A DNA stretch of 64,000 bases, from assembly GCA_963804085.1 (NCBI GenBank), contig CAWDOQ010000019.1:224001-288000 (forward strand), given 5' to 3'. A program made the position numbers and the translations under genes. Under the pieces are notes generated by a model. The model made no database searches, was not told the DNA's origin, and saw only the letters and a list, made by a program, of their open reading frames with translations. This DNA comes from Chlamydiia bacterium (GTDB lineage: Bacteria; Chlamydiota; Chlamydiia; Chlamydiales; Rhabdochlamydiaceae). Positions 19,206 through 29,006 of the stretch are shown here, piece by piece. The first letter of the stretch is position 1; the number at the start of each line of letters is the position of its first letter.

Positions 19206-19978
19206 GATCCCCTAATGTTTTGAAGGAGCACATCATCGGGGTCCAAATTCCGAATGGCACGTCTTTCAATAGGCTGAGCGACGCCTTTTTCCCAGTACTG
19301 GGTTAGCGTTAGAATATTCCAGCAATGAAAGGTGCCCTTGCCCTCAGCGGCCCGATTCGTTGGATCTTCTATGGCACCGCGCATCTGCATTTTCACAACG
19401 TCACCTCGCGAAAAGTCGATATAGTTTTCTGCACCTTCGACGAACTTTTGCTTGGCAATGTCTATGAATATATCAAACGCCGGTTGATAAGTTTCCTCGA
19501 TGGCTTTAGCTTGCTCTCCCTCAAATGTGGCGATTGTCTGCTTTCCGAAGGACTCACAATGGAAAATTTCATCTTGTTCATTCCCTTTAACGTGACACTC
19601 CAAAGTTATCTCTAGGTGAAAACTGGAAAATGAGGCGGTCTTGCGCATCTCCTCGATCATGGTTTTGATAGGACCATTTTCTGAGCGCCAAGAAGGAAAC
19701 TCATCTTTCATCTGCTTAAGCGGGTCTTTGAGCAGTTCAGCATTAACAGGGGTATAGACCCAGCTGAGAACCCAACTGAAAATGCCAGACACACAGCCCC
19801 AGATCGAGCATGCTAAACTTTGCAGGCAGGCGAGAACACCCTCTGATGACTCTTTTGCTGCTGTGTCGATCCTGTCGACGATAGGCTTCGTAGCAGCTGG
19901 CTTTTCCGCATATTTTCCAACAGCTGGCAATCCTGCGTCTGTTGCTTTGGGGCTGGCGGGTGTTAGTGGCGTTGACAT
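19202..19978 (-). CDS. Tandem paralog family, copy 1 (N-type 1, C-type A)
   Basis: MSTPLTPASPKATDAGLP...LACLQSLACSIWGC; YIDFSRGD. Confidence 0.8.
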   Translation of the reverse strand: MSTPLTPASPKATDAGLPAVGKYAEKPAATKPIVDRIDTAAKESSEGVLACLQSLACSIWGCVSGIFSWVLSWVYTPVNAELLKDPLKQMKDEFPSWRSENGPIKTMIEEMRKTASFSSFHLEITLECHVKGNEQDEIFHCESFGKQTIATFEGEQAKAIEETYQPAFDIFIDIAKQKFVEGAENYIDFSRGDVVKMQMRGAIEDPTNRAAEGKGTFHCWNILTLTQYWEKGVAQPIERRAIRNLDPDDVLLQNIRGS

Positions 19979-19987
19979 GATTACTCC

Positions 19988-20771
19988 TTATGAGTTGTAT
20001 AGGTAGGGCTTGCTCTCCTCGGCTGGGAGTCCCTTTTTAAACATTTGAGAGATACAAATTTGCTTGCACGTAGCACGAATTCCATTACCATAAGAATATC
20101 CGGCATCAATAGGTGTGGCCAATATAGCCCTGAGAGTTAGACTTACCGTGTCTTCGCGATCCAGATCTATGTACGCCTTGCCGCTTTTGAGTATTAGCTC
20201 CCCAGATTGTAATCTTTTTTCAATCAGATCAGCTGTAAATGCTTTTAGTTTGACAGGGTCGCTGAGCGCACTGATATCCTGAGTAAGACGCCAGTCTTTG
20301 TAGAAAAACAAGAGAAAGTGTGCTTCAGATGAATCAGAAGATTTCTTTTCCATTACCGTAAAGTCAAACTCAAATGTAACTGTTGTATCCTTCGAACATT
20401 TGCGCACCTCGTCGAGTAGCTGCGTCATGGGGCCTTTAGGATCTTTCCAAACCTCTAGATCGGCTGCGATATGTTTGAAGGGGTTTGCAATGAGCTCTGG
20501 GTTATTGCGTGGAGCCGGACCAAAGAGGGATCCGATCCATGAGAAGAAGCCGGCTAAGCAGCTCCAGATCGAACAGGCAAAGTTCTGCACGCAGGCGAGA
20601 ATGTCGGACGATTCTGCTGTGCTATCTGAGTGGAATGCGTAGGGAATCTGTGTCGTCGATAGTGTTGGCAGCACGTTGACGGGCTGTTCGCGGTACTTCG
20701 TACTCTTTTTCAACGGCGGGCAATCCTGCGTCTGTTGCTTTAGGGCTGGTGGGTGTTAGTGGCGTTGACAT
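19988..20771 (-). CDS. Tandem paralog family, copy 2 (N-type 2, C-type B; frameshifted near the 5' end)
   Basis: ATG 20771 with the shared ggagtaatc RBS; YIDLDRED. Confidence 0.7.
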
Positions 20772-20802
20772 GATTACTCCTCACCTGTTGTGCTATGTGT
20801 TG

Positions 20803-21573
20803 TCATATCGTGGGTAACATATTTTACTTATGTGGGGCGATTCATTCCATTCCGAAGCATCCCAAGCATTTACGAACCTTTGATGGATTGCGATCGTCTT
20901 GATTTTGCGTCCCTCGCCATCCTCAATAGGAATGGACAATTCTGCTCTGATCTCTATGCTTACATCATCATCCCAATCAAGATCTACATACAGCTTCTTG
21001 TTCTTAAGATCGGCTTCTGCATTTTCTAAAGTTTTAACAACCAGCTCATCCGTGAGCTTTTTACTGCGGCGGGGTCAGCCAGGTGGGCGACCCGGTATGA
21101 ATAGGCTCTGGGTGCTGCCTGCAGAAGCTCCCGCTTGAGTAAGAAGACTCTTTTTTAAACGCTGTAAAATGAAACGATAATTTAACTACTGCATCCTGCG
21201 AACCTTTACGCACCTCGTTGACCAGCTTTGTCATAGGGCCCTTCGAGTCTTTCCAGATTGCTAGATCCGCATCGATCTGTTTTAAAGGATTGGCAAGGAG
21301 CTCTGGGTTGTCGCGAGCGGAACTAAACAGGTTAGCAACCCGTCCAAAAAAGTCTGATACGCAGCTCCAGATCGAACAGGCAAAGTTCTGCACACAAGAG
21401 AGAATGCCGGACGATTCTGCTGTGCTATCTGAGTGGAATGCGTAGGGAATTGTATCGTCAATTGTGTCGGCAGCACGTTGACGGGCTGTTCGCGGTACTT
21501 CGTACTCTTTTTGAACGGCGGGCAATCTCGCGTCGGCGGCTTTGGGGCTAGTGGGTGTTACTGGTGTTGACAT
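20803..21573 (-). CDS. Tandem paralog family, copy 3 (N-type 2, C-type B; frameshifted)
   Basis: MSTPVTPTSPKAADARLP...; C-terminal part (LYVDLDWDD) lies in another frame. Confidence 0.65.
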
Positions 21574-21606
21574 AATTATTCCTTCTTAATTTTAGTTGCT
21601 CTACTA

Positions 21607-22335
21607 CTAACCTTTGTATTTGTATAGGGTGGGCTTGCTGTCTGGAGTGTCTTTGTCAAATGTTTGAGAGATCCTAATGCGATCGATCTTGCGCTTAGAT
21701 CCAGGAGACTCGACAACAGGCGTCGCTAATTTCACTGTGAGTTCTACCTCCACCATGTCCTCGCGATCCAGATCTATGTATAATTTCTGGTATTTGAGTA
21801 CTGCTTCTATACCATCACGCAGCAGCTGACCAATGAATTGGTCTGTAAATTTTTTAAGTGCGGCAGAATCGTTCAGTTTGCTGATATCGTAAGAATAAGG
21901 GGGAAAGTTTGTATCAAAGAAGCTTTCGGCTAATTCGTCCCATGCGTGAAAGTAAAATGTGAATTCAACCGTTGTTTCCGTTGAACATCTACGCACCTCG
22001 TCGAGTAGCTGTGTCATCGGGCCCGTTGGATCTTGCCAGGCTTTTAATCCGACTGCGATATGTTTGAGAGGATTGGCTAGGAGCTCAGCATTGTCACGTG
22101 CGCCAGGACCAAAGAAGGATCTGATCCATGTGAAGAGGCCGGTAAAACAGCTCCAAACTGAGCATGCCAAACTTTGGAGGCAGGCGAGAACACCTTCTGA
22201 TGAGCCTTTTGCTCCAGCATCGATCGTATCGACGGCAGGTTTTGTCGCAGCTGGCGTTTCAGCATACTTTCTTTCAGCGCCTGGTAATCCCGCATCGGCG
22301 GCTTTAGGGCTAGTGGGTGCTAGTGGCGTTGACAT
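21607..22335 (-). CDS. Tandem paralog family, copy 4 (N-type 1, C-type B)
   Basis: MSTPLAPTSPKAADAGLPGAERKYAETP...; YIDLDRED. Confidence 0.8.
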   Translation of the reverse strand: MSTPLAPTSPKAADAGLPGAERKYAETPAATKPAVDTIDAGAKGSSEGVLACLQSLACSVWSCFTGLFTWIRSFFGPGARDNAELLANPLKHIAVGLKAWQDPTGPMTQLLDEVRRCSTETTVEFTFYFHAWDELAESFFDTNFPPYSYDISKLNDSAALKKFTDQFIGQLLRDGIEAVLKYQKLYIDLDREDMVEVELTVKLATPVVESPGSKRKIDRIRISQTFDKDTPDSKPTLYKYKG

Positions 22336-22371
22336 GATTACTCCTTAATTTTAGGTGTCTGCGTTTTTCAA

Positions 22372-23070
22372 TCAGGTAGATACATCTATGTCAATAGGCT
22401 GAGCTTTGCCGTCTATCCAATATTGTGTTAGCTCGACACGCTTCTTCTCGGTTGCATCGTTTAATGTTCCTTGCATCTGCATTTTCACAATGTCGCCTCG
22501 CGAAAAGTCGATATAATTTTCTGCTTCTTCGAACTTTTTTTGGACAGCTTTTACGAAACGCTCAAATTCGGGCTTAAAAACATCCCTTACATCCTCCAAT
22601 TGACGCCCCGTGAATGTGCCGATGACCTTTGTTGTGCCGAAAGAGTGGTGATAAGCAATTTGATTCGTCTCATCCCCATGAATATGGCATTCCAAAGAGA
22701 TCTTGAGTCCAAAAGTAGAGAATGGGTTAGCCTTGCGCATCTCTTCTATCATGGTTTTGATAGGACCATTGTGTAAGCTCCAAAAGAAAACCTGATCTAT
22801 CTGTTTAAGAGGATCTTTGAGCAGTTCAGGATTAGGAGGGTTGTACACAAAACTGATTGCCCATGTGAAGAAGCCGGCTAAGCAGCTCCAAACTGAGCAT
22901 GCTAAACTTTGCAGGCAGGCGAGAACGCCTTCTGATGAGCCTTTTGCTCCAGCATCGATCGTATCGACGGCAGGTTTTGTCGCAGCTGGCGTTTCAGCAT
23001 ACTTTCTTTCAGCGCCTGGTAATCCCGCATCGGCGGCTTTAGGGCTAGTGGGTGTTAGTGGCGTTGACAT
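22372..23070 (-). CDS. Tandem paralog family, copy 5 (N-type 1, C-type A)
   Basis: 5' ~200 nt almost identical to copy 4, while the C-terminus resembles copy 1 (NGPIKTMIEEMRK, YIDFSRGD). Confidence 0.8.
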   Translation of the reverse strand: MSTPLTPTSPKAADAGLPGAERKYAETPAATKPAVDTIDAGAKGSSEGVLACLQSLACSVWSCLAGFFTWAISFVYNPPNPELLKDPLKQIDQVFFWSLHNGPIKTMIEEMRKANPFSTFGLKISLECHIHGDETNQIAYHHSFGTTKVIGTFTGRQLEDVRDVFKPEFERFVKAVQKKFEEAENYIDFSRGDIVKMQMQGTLNDATEKKRVELTQYWIDGKAQPIDIDVST

Positions 23071-23072
23071 GA

Positions 23073-23848
23073 TTACTCCTTATCGTTGAAGTTGCCTTGC
23101 AAATACGTGTTTAGGCGGGGCTGACTGCCTGGGTTTTCTATTTCAAATGTTTGATAAATGTCAATTTGGTTGATCTCGCGGGTAGGGTTAAAAGCATAAG
23201 GATCAGAAGGCACGGTAACGGGTGTGGCTAATTTAACACGGAGAAAAATATTTGCCTGGTCTTCGCGATCCAGATCTATGTATAATTTCTCGCTTTTAAG
23301 TTTATGCGCTGCAGATTGCAGTAGTGTGCCAATGAATTCGCCTGTGAATTTCCTTAGCTCCTTTGGGTCGTTCAATGTGCGGATATCCTTAGAAACAGGG
23401 CCGCACACCTCATAAAGAAAATATTGCCAACTTGCAGAGGATACCTTTTCGCTTGCAGAAAAGATAAACTGGAATTCCACCGTTGTTACTGTTGAATATT
23501 TACGCAGCTCGTTAAGTAGCTGTGTCATAGGGCCTTTAGGATTTTCCCAAGCCTCTAGACCGGCAGCGATATGTTTTGTAGGGTTAGCGAGAAGTTCAGC
23601 ATTATCGCGTGGAGCCGGACCAAAAGAGGGATCCGATCCATGAGAAGAAGCCGGCTAAGCAGCTCCAAACTGAGCATGCTAAACTTTGCAGGCAGGCGAG
23701 AACGCCTTCTGATGAGCCTTTTGCTCCAGCATCGATCGTATCGACAGCAGGTTTTGTCCGCAGCTGGCGTTTCAGCATACTTTCTTTCAGCGCCCGGTAA
23801 TTCCGCGTTGGCGGCTTTAGGGCTAATGGGTGTTACGGCTCCTGACAT
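23073..23848 (-). CDS. Tandem paralog family, copy 6 (N-type 1, C-type B; frameshifted)
   Basis: ORF pieces 23555..23848 and 23073..23528 join into a family member. Confidence 0.7.
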
Positions 23849-23936
23849 AATTCCTCCATTTTAAAAAGGACATTATATCCCATTATGTATTAAAATAGGT
23901 TGCATAAAATTATTTTTGATTTAAAGTATTTATTTT

Positions 23937-24614
23937 ATGGAAAAGCTTATCAAAGGAATAGTTGAATTTAGAAAAAGCCTTACCGAAGAGCGCAGAACGC
24001 TCTTTGCGGAGCTTGCGCTTGGACAGAAGCCGGATACGCTTTTTATTGGCTGTTCGGATAGTCGCGTGGTGCCCAATCTTTTTGCCTCTACCGACCCGGG
24101 GGATCTCTTTGTGGTCCGCAATATTGGCAATCTAGTTCCTCCCGTCGCCTCTGCATCGAAGGAGGATTGCGTCCCTGCCGCGCTCGAATTTGCGCTCGTT
24201 TCGTTAAATGTTTCGGACATTGTGGTCTGCGGCCATTCTGAGTGCGGCGCGATGCTTGCGCTCGCACAAGGTATAGACACGCTGGAGTGTCCGCATCTCA
24301 AGTCCTGGTTAAAGTATGCAGAAGAGGCAGCGCGTAAGGTTAAAAAAGGGGTAGTTCTAGATCCTTCGCTTTCCGTGCATAACCAGATCTCGCAGATCAA
24401 CGTGCTGCAGCAGATGCAGCATATCTTAAGTTACCCCTCTGTGCGCGAACGGCTAAGAAAAGGGGAGTTGCGCATACACGGCTGGTGGTTTGACATTGCA
24501 AACGCAGATGTCTACTGCTACGAGGAGAGCGTAAAGAAGTTTGTGCTCATCGATGAGAATGAAGCGAAGCTGATGCTTGAACGTTGTTCAGAACAGACTC
24601 ACCCATGTTGCTAA
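23937..24614 (+). CDS. Beta-class carbonic anhydrase
   Basis: CSDSR, LFVVRNIGN, HSECGA zinc ligands. Confidence 0.93.
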   Translation: MEKLIKGIVEFRKSLTEERRTLFAELALGQKPDTLFIGCSDSRVVPNLFASTDPGDLFVVRNIGNLVPPVASASKEDCVPAALEFALVSLNVSDIVVCGHSECGAMLALAQGIDTLECPHLKSWLKYAEEAARKVKKGVVLDPSLSVHNQISQINVLQQMQHILSYPSVRERLRKGELRIHGWWFDIANADVYCYEESVKKFVLIDENEAKLMLERCSEQTHPCC

Positions 24615-25203
24615 GCCAAAGGCTATGATGATCAAGCCGGCGATCCGGTTGATCCAGGCCATGACATTCTTGCTCACGCTCTTGCGAAAGAAGGTGACGC
24701 CCTCGCTTAAGATAAACCACCAGAATGATGATCCCAAAAAGACCCCAAAAACAAGCCAAGAAGAGTCCCAATAATCGTTGCTGACGTTAGATAAGCCAAC
24801 AGCAGCAAATATAGCGATATAGGAGAGGACGGTCATGGGATTGGTCAGCGTGAGAAAAAATGTCGAGGCGAAGTCTTTAGAAAGAGACAGGTGTGAAACA
24901 TTCGTATCCCTCTGCTTTGGGCTTTCTCAGAAGGGTCTTTATCCCCAAGTAGATCAAAAAGATGCCGCCGAATAGCCTTAGCCAAAATTGGCCGGCGAGT
25001 AGAAGGTCTGATATCAGGGTAAGCCCAAACGCTGCCACAACGCCATAAAGCGTGTCGGCAAGAGCCGCTCCCAGCCCCGATACAAAGCCTGAGAACCTGC
25101 CAAACTCCAGCGTCCTGCGGATGCAGAGGATCCCGATCGGACCCACCGGTGCTGCTACTGCAAAGCCTATGATCAACCCTTTTGCAAGAAAACTCATTTC
25201 CAT
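24588..25203 (-). CDS. LysE/RhtB family translocator (frameshifted)
   Basis: GFAVAAPVGPIG...GLGAALAD in one frame; TLTNPMT..SY...GVFLGS..WW in another. Confidence 0.8.
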
Positions 25204-25288
25204 AGTTATCTACACCTTTTTCTCTAAAAAGCCATTGACGCGCAAGTAAAAAGGCTGTAAGAACCAAAAATAGGACAAGGAGGAATTT

Positions 25289-25798
25289 ATGAAGGACTTT
25301 TACGATCTATTTACTCATGAGCTCAAGGATATCTATAGCGCAGAGACGCAGCTAGAGAGGCTGCTTCCTGAGTTTGCAAGAGCGGCGACTACTCCAAAAC
25401 TCAAAGAGGCGTTCTCTTACTATCACAAAGAGATCCCCCAGCAAATTGCAAGACTAGAAGAGATTGCCCAAGACCTCAATATCGACCTAAAAGGCCATAC
25501 CTGCGAAGCGATGAAGGTCTTTTTAAACGAAGCGCTTAAAATCATGCGCACTGACTATCCTGCAGAGGTGCGCGACGCCGCTCTCATCAGCTCTATGCAA
25601 AGAATCAAGCACTACGAGATCGCTCTCTATGGGACTTTAAAAGCCTTTGCAAGGAATTTAGGTTTTAAAGATGCAGAACGGCTCTTAAGCCTAAACTCCA
25701 AAGAAGAGGGGCAAGCTGATCAGAAATTAACGGCTATTGCAACTGGCGGCACCTTTACCAAGGGCATCAACGTCAAGGCAATGCGCAAATCCGCTTAA
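25289..25798 (+). CDS. Ferritin-like YciE/YciF (DUF892) protein
   Basis: LKDIYSAE.QL, C.AM, RDAALI...Q...HYEIA.YGTL. Confidence 0.88.
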   Translation: MKDFYDLFTHELKDIYSAETQLERLLPEFARAATTPKLKEAFSYYHKEIPQQIARLEEIAQDLNIDLKGHTCEAMKVFLNEALKIMRTDYPAEVRDAALISSMQRIKHYEIALYGTLKAFARNLGFKDAERLLSLNSKEEGQADQKLTAIATGGTFTKGINVKAMRKSA

Positions 25799-25919
25799 TC
25801 TTCCATAAGTCGCTATAAACCAGCGACTTATATTTTAATTGAAATAATATTACATATGTGATACAATTCTTTTTAATTTATCTTAAAAACGTTAATTAAT
25901 AAACAATAAGGAGTTTAAC

Positions 25920-26354
25920 ATGTCTGGTTTAACAATTTTAATAAATGGTAAAGCAGTTCCTGAATTTGATATTGCAAAGGAGCCACAGAACACGCCTTGG
26001 CATGCTCACACACGAATGGGGCGGAACGTCATCCTATCCCGCCCGCCTGCTAAAAATGGTTCCAATCAAAATGCATCACCAGTTGATGCAACAGCAAATG
26101 CTGTGGCGCAAAAGGTGATTAAAGACGAAGACAACAATAACAAACCAAGTATGAAAGTTGAGGCCGATTCAGAAGAACTTCCAGATAACACGTCTTCTGA
26201 AGCACAGCCCACGAGAAAAGGGAAAGCGGGACGGTTCTCTTTTTCTGGTATGCATCTTATAAGATCGCAAGGCATCACAGATGGGCGGATCGCAGTAAAA
26301 CTCAGAAACGCTGAAAAAGCCGAGCTCGATGCGCTGCTCTATGACCCAGACTAA
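25920..26354 (+). CDS. Hypothetical low-complexity protein
   Basis: AAGGAG RBS, 144-aa ORF, terminator follows. Confidence 0.6.
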   Translation: MSGLTILINGKAVPEFDIAKEPQNTPWHAHTRMGRNVILSRPPAKNGSNQNASPVDATANAVAQKVIKDEDNNNKPSMKVEADSEELPDNTSSEAQPTRKGKAGRFSFSGMHLIRSQGITDGRIAVKLRNAEKAELDALLYDPD

Positions 26355-26375
26355 ACCTATCTCAATTGACCCGTA

Positions 26376-26409
26376 AAAAAAGGAGAGGTGCACGCACCTC
26401 TCCTTTTTT
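26376..26409. terminator. Bidirectional rho-independent terminator
   Basis: aaaaaaggagaggtgc-ac-gcacctctcctttttt. Confidence 0.8.
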
Positions 26410-26719
26410 ATTGGACGCGCTCGAATCTAGGGCGCAATTGGCCCTTAATCGTGATCTCTTCTAGAAACATCGCAAGCGGACGCACCCACACATCGCCCTC
26501 TCCATAGAGGGCTTGGTAGATGACGAGCTCTTCGAGTGTCTCGCTATGGCGTCCTACTCCCAAAATCTTGTAGCGCATTCCCTTGTAGTGCTCGTACAGC
26601 GAGCCTACTTCGATCGATTTTGCAAGCGGTGAAAAGGCGGTTAAAACTTCTTGGTTCATGGCTGTTGCCTCCAGATTGAAGCAGATTGCGATAGCAGCTA
26701 TTAAAATTGCTCTGATCAT
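26408..26719 (-). CDS. DUF1653 domain protein
   Basis: YEHYKG..Y..LGVGRHSET.EELVIYQALYG..WVRP..MF. Confidence 0.88.
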   Translation of the reverse strand: MIRAILIAAIAICFNLEATAMNQEVLTAFSPLAKSIEVGSLYEHYKGMRYKILGVGRHSETLEELVIYQALYGEGDVWVRPLAMFLEEITIKGQLRPRFERVQ

Positions 26720-26780
26720 GCAAGCGATTGTAAACAGCCTTCCTTAAATTTGCAAATTTTGCATACTGTTGCATAAATAG

Positions 26781-27035
26781 CTCTGTACGGACAAAAATTT
26801 GGAAGGCAAAGAGTTAAAACAAGATGAGGGAGACAAGTCAAGAGAAGAGCAAGAGTTAAAACAGGATGGGCAGGATAAGCAGGATAAGAAAGAAAAAGAG
26901 TTGAAAACAGGGTTCTTTCTTTATCCTGCTGATCCTGTCTATCCTGTTCTAAATTCTTCTTCTTTCTTTTCTTCATCCTGCTGATCCTGCCCATCCTGTA
27001 AAAATTCTTCTGCATTAATTTTTGTCCACATAGAG
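26781..27035. mobile_element. MITE-like element with imperfect TIRs and a 9-bp target-site duplication
   Basis: TIR ctctgtacggacaaaaatt / aatttttgtccacatagag; direct repeat cataaatag at 26772-26780 and 27036-27044; internal caggat...atcctg 9-nt-period palindromic units. Confidence 0.8.
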
Positions 27036-27063
27036 CATAAATAGCCTGAAAACGGAGAAAAAC

Positions 27064-27687
27064 ATGAAAAAGCTAGTTGCTGCAGCGCTCGCTGCTATAT
27101 TTGCGGTTATGCCGCTTTCTGCTGAGATCAAGGTTTTGGCCTTTTCGGGCAGCACGCGCAAAGATTCTTACAATCAACAGCTGGTCAAGGATGCTGCAGA
27201 AATGGCGCGCCAGATGGGAGCAACTGTTACGGTTGTTAGCTTAAAAGATTATCCAATGCCATTTTATGATGCGGATCTGGAAGCAAAAGAGAAGATGCCC
27301 AAGAATGCGAAAAAATTTCGCATTCTGATGATGCAAAGCGATGCGATCATCATCGCTTCTCCCGAGTATAATGGCTCCCTTCCTGCCGTTCTGAAAAATA
27401 CGCTGGACTGGGCTTCTAGAAGCGAAGAGGGAGGCTCTTCGCTGGATGCATTTAAGGGCAAGCGGTTTGCCATAATGAGCGCCTCTCCCGGCAAAGGCGG
27501 GGGAGCAAGAGCTCTTGTGCATTTGCGCAGCATACTCGAAGGTGTGGGTGGAGTTGTTGTCTCAAAGCAGGTATCGATTCCTCAAGCGCATGAGTATTTT
27601 GCTCAAAAAGAGCGTCCTGAGAATGCACAGCTAAAACAAGAGGTCGCAGAGCTTTTACAAATCAAAGCCGGAAGCGTTAAAAAATGA
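27064..27687 (+). CDS. NAD(P)H-dependent FMN reductase with a signal-like N-terminus
   Basis: GSTRKDSYN, ASPEYNGS.P.VLKN.LDW.SR, SASPG..GG. Confidence 0.9.
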   Translation: MKKLVAAALAAIFAVMPLSAEIKVLAFSGSTRKDSYNQQLVKDAAEMARQMGATVTVVSLKDYPMPFYDADLEAKEKMPKNAKKFRILMMQSDAIIIASPEYNGSLPAVLKNTLDWASRSEEGGSSLDAFKGKRFAIMSASPGKGGGARALVHLRSILEGVGGVVVSKQVSIPQAHEYFAQKERPENAQLKQEVAELLQIKAGSVKK

Positions 27688-28640
27688 AACAACTGGTCAA
27701 GGGGCTTCACCACATCACTGCTTTAGCATCAGATCCGCAAAAGAATTGCGACTTTTACGCAGGTGTTTTGGGTCTGCGTATGGTCAAAAAGACGGTGAAC
27801 TATGATGCGCCGGAGGTCTACCATCTTTATTACGGAAACGAGAGGGGAGAACCTGGAACGATCCTCACTTTTTTTCCCTATCCCGGCATGCCAAAAGGGA
27901 GGAAGGGGAAGGGGCAATTGACTGTGACCTCCTTTTCTGCTCCTGCAAATGCTCTAGATTATTGGATGAAGCGGCTTGCAAAGTTCCGCGTCAAGCACGA
28001 GGCGCCCGAAAAGCGTTTTGAAGATGAGCTCGTACTTTATCTCGAAGATACAGATGGGTTGGGGCTAGAACTTGTGTTTAATAAAAGAGATGCAAGGCCT
28101 GGTTTTTCCTACGGAAACATTCCGCTAGAATTTGCCCTCAAAGGGTTTTATGGGATGGCTCTTTCCGAAGAGGGGTATGAGAAAACAGCAGGGCTATTGA
28201 CAACGCAGATGGACCACAAGCTCATTTTAGAGAAGGGGAATCGCTTTCGTTATTCTGCCAGTGGCAAGCCGGGCGACTTTGTCGACGTTCTATGTTCTCC
28301 CGAGATGCTCCCGGGAAGAGAGGGTGCTGGGACTGTGCACCATGTTGCTTTTGCAACTGCAACTGAAGTTTCACAGATAGAAGCGCGAGAGAAGCTTGTT
28401 AAAATGGGGTTGAATGTGACGCCCATCATCGACAGGCAGTACTTCCACTCGATCTATTTTAGAGAGCCGGGTGGTGTGCTGTTTGAGATTGCGACGCTTC
28501 CGCCGGGTTTTACTATCGACGAGCCTCTTGAGCACCTTGGAGAGACGCTTAAGCTGCCTGCTTGGGAGGAGCCCAATCGAAAGGCGCTAGAAGCAGGGCT
28601 CCTGCCCGTTCGATTGGACACTCGCAAATTCGCAGATTAA
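27684..28640 (+). CDS. Ring-cleaving dioxygenase (MhqO-like, VOC family)
   Basis: GLHHIT, KKTVNYD...YHLYYG, GTVHHVAF, DRQYFHSIYFREPGG.LFEIAT. Confidence 0.92.
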   Translation: MKQLVKGLHHITALASDPQKNCDFYAGVLGLRMVKKTVNYDAPEVYHLYYGNERGEPGTILTFFPYPGMPKGRKGKGQLTVTSFSAPANALDYWMKRLAKFRVKHEAPEKRFEDELVLYLEDTDGLGLELVFNKRDARPGFSYGNIPLEFALKGFYGMALSEEGYEKTAGLLTTQMDHKLILEKGNRFRYSASGKPGDFVDVLCSPEMLPGREGAGTVHHVAFATATEVSQIEAREKLVKMGLNVTPIIDRQYFHSIYFREPGGVLFEIATLPPGFTIDEPLEHLGETLKLPAWEEPNRKALEAGLLPVRLDTRKFAD

Positions 28641-28663
28641 TCCAAACTAAAGCCTATATCTTC

Positions 28664-28959
28664 AAGGTTTCGAATTTCATAAACGCAGAGGAACCGTCTG
28701 AGACACTAAGACGCTGAGATCGTCCCTTTTACATAGTAACCAGCAGAAGAAGGAAATGTTTTCAAGAAAGCAAGGAAGCCAATCACCTCTGCAAACTATT
28801 GAACTTCCTTGCTTTCTTGAAAACATTTCCTTCTTCTGCTGGTTGAACTCCGTTCAAAAGGGACGATTGGGCTTCTACGCACTCTGTTCAACTCCGGCAG
28901 ATTTCTCAGCGTCTTAGTGTCTCGGGTTTTTTCTCGGTGCTTATAAAATTCGAAACCTT
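28664..28959. mobile_element. Palindromic element, second copy of the 11250-11534 family
   Basis: Ends aaggtttcgaattt/aaattcgaaacctt; perfect 41-bp stem 28738-28778/28804-28844 around a 25-nt loop. Confidence 0.88.
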
Positions 28960-29006
28960 TACCTGCGAGACGGATATGCTGATTTTTTTGCGTCTGCGTT
29001 GAATTC

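Noticed and set aside
19202..23848. Diversity-generating retroelement or shufflon as the cause of the array
   Set aside because: No reverse transcriptase or invertase in the window, all copies are co-oriented, and I saw no adenine-specific variation.
26716..27015. ORFs with QDxQD repeats (also 28796..29125 and 11617..11808)
   Set aside because: Translations of non-coding palindromic elements.
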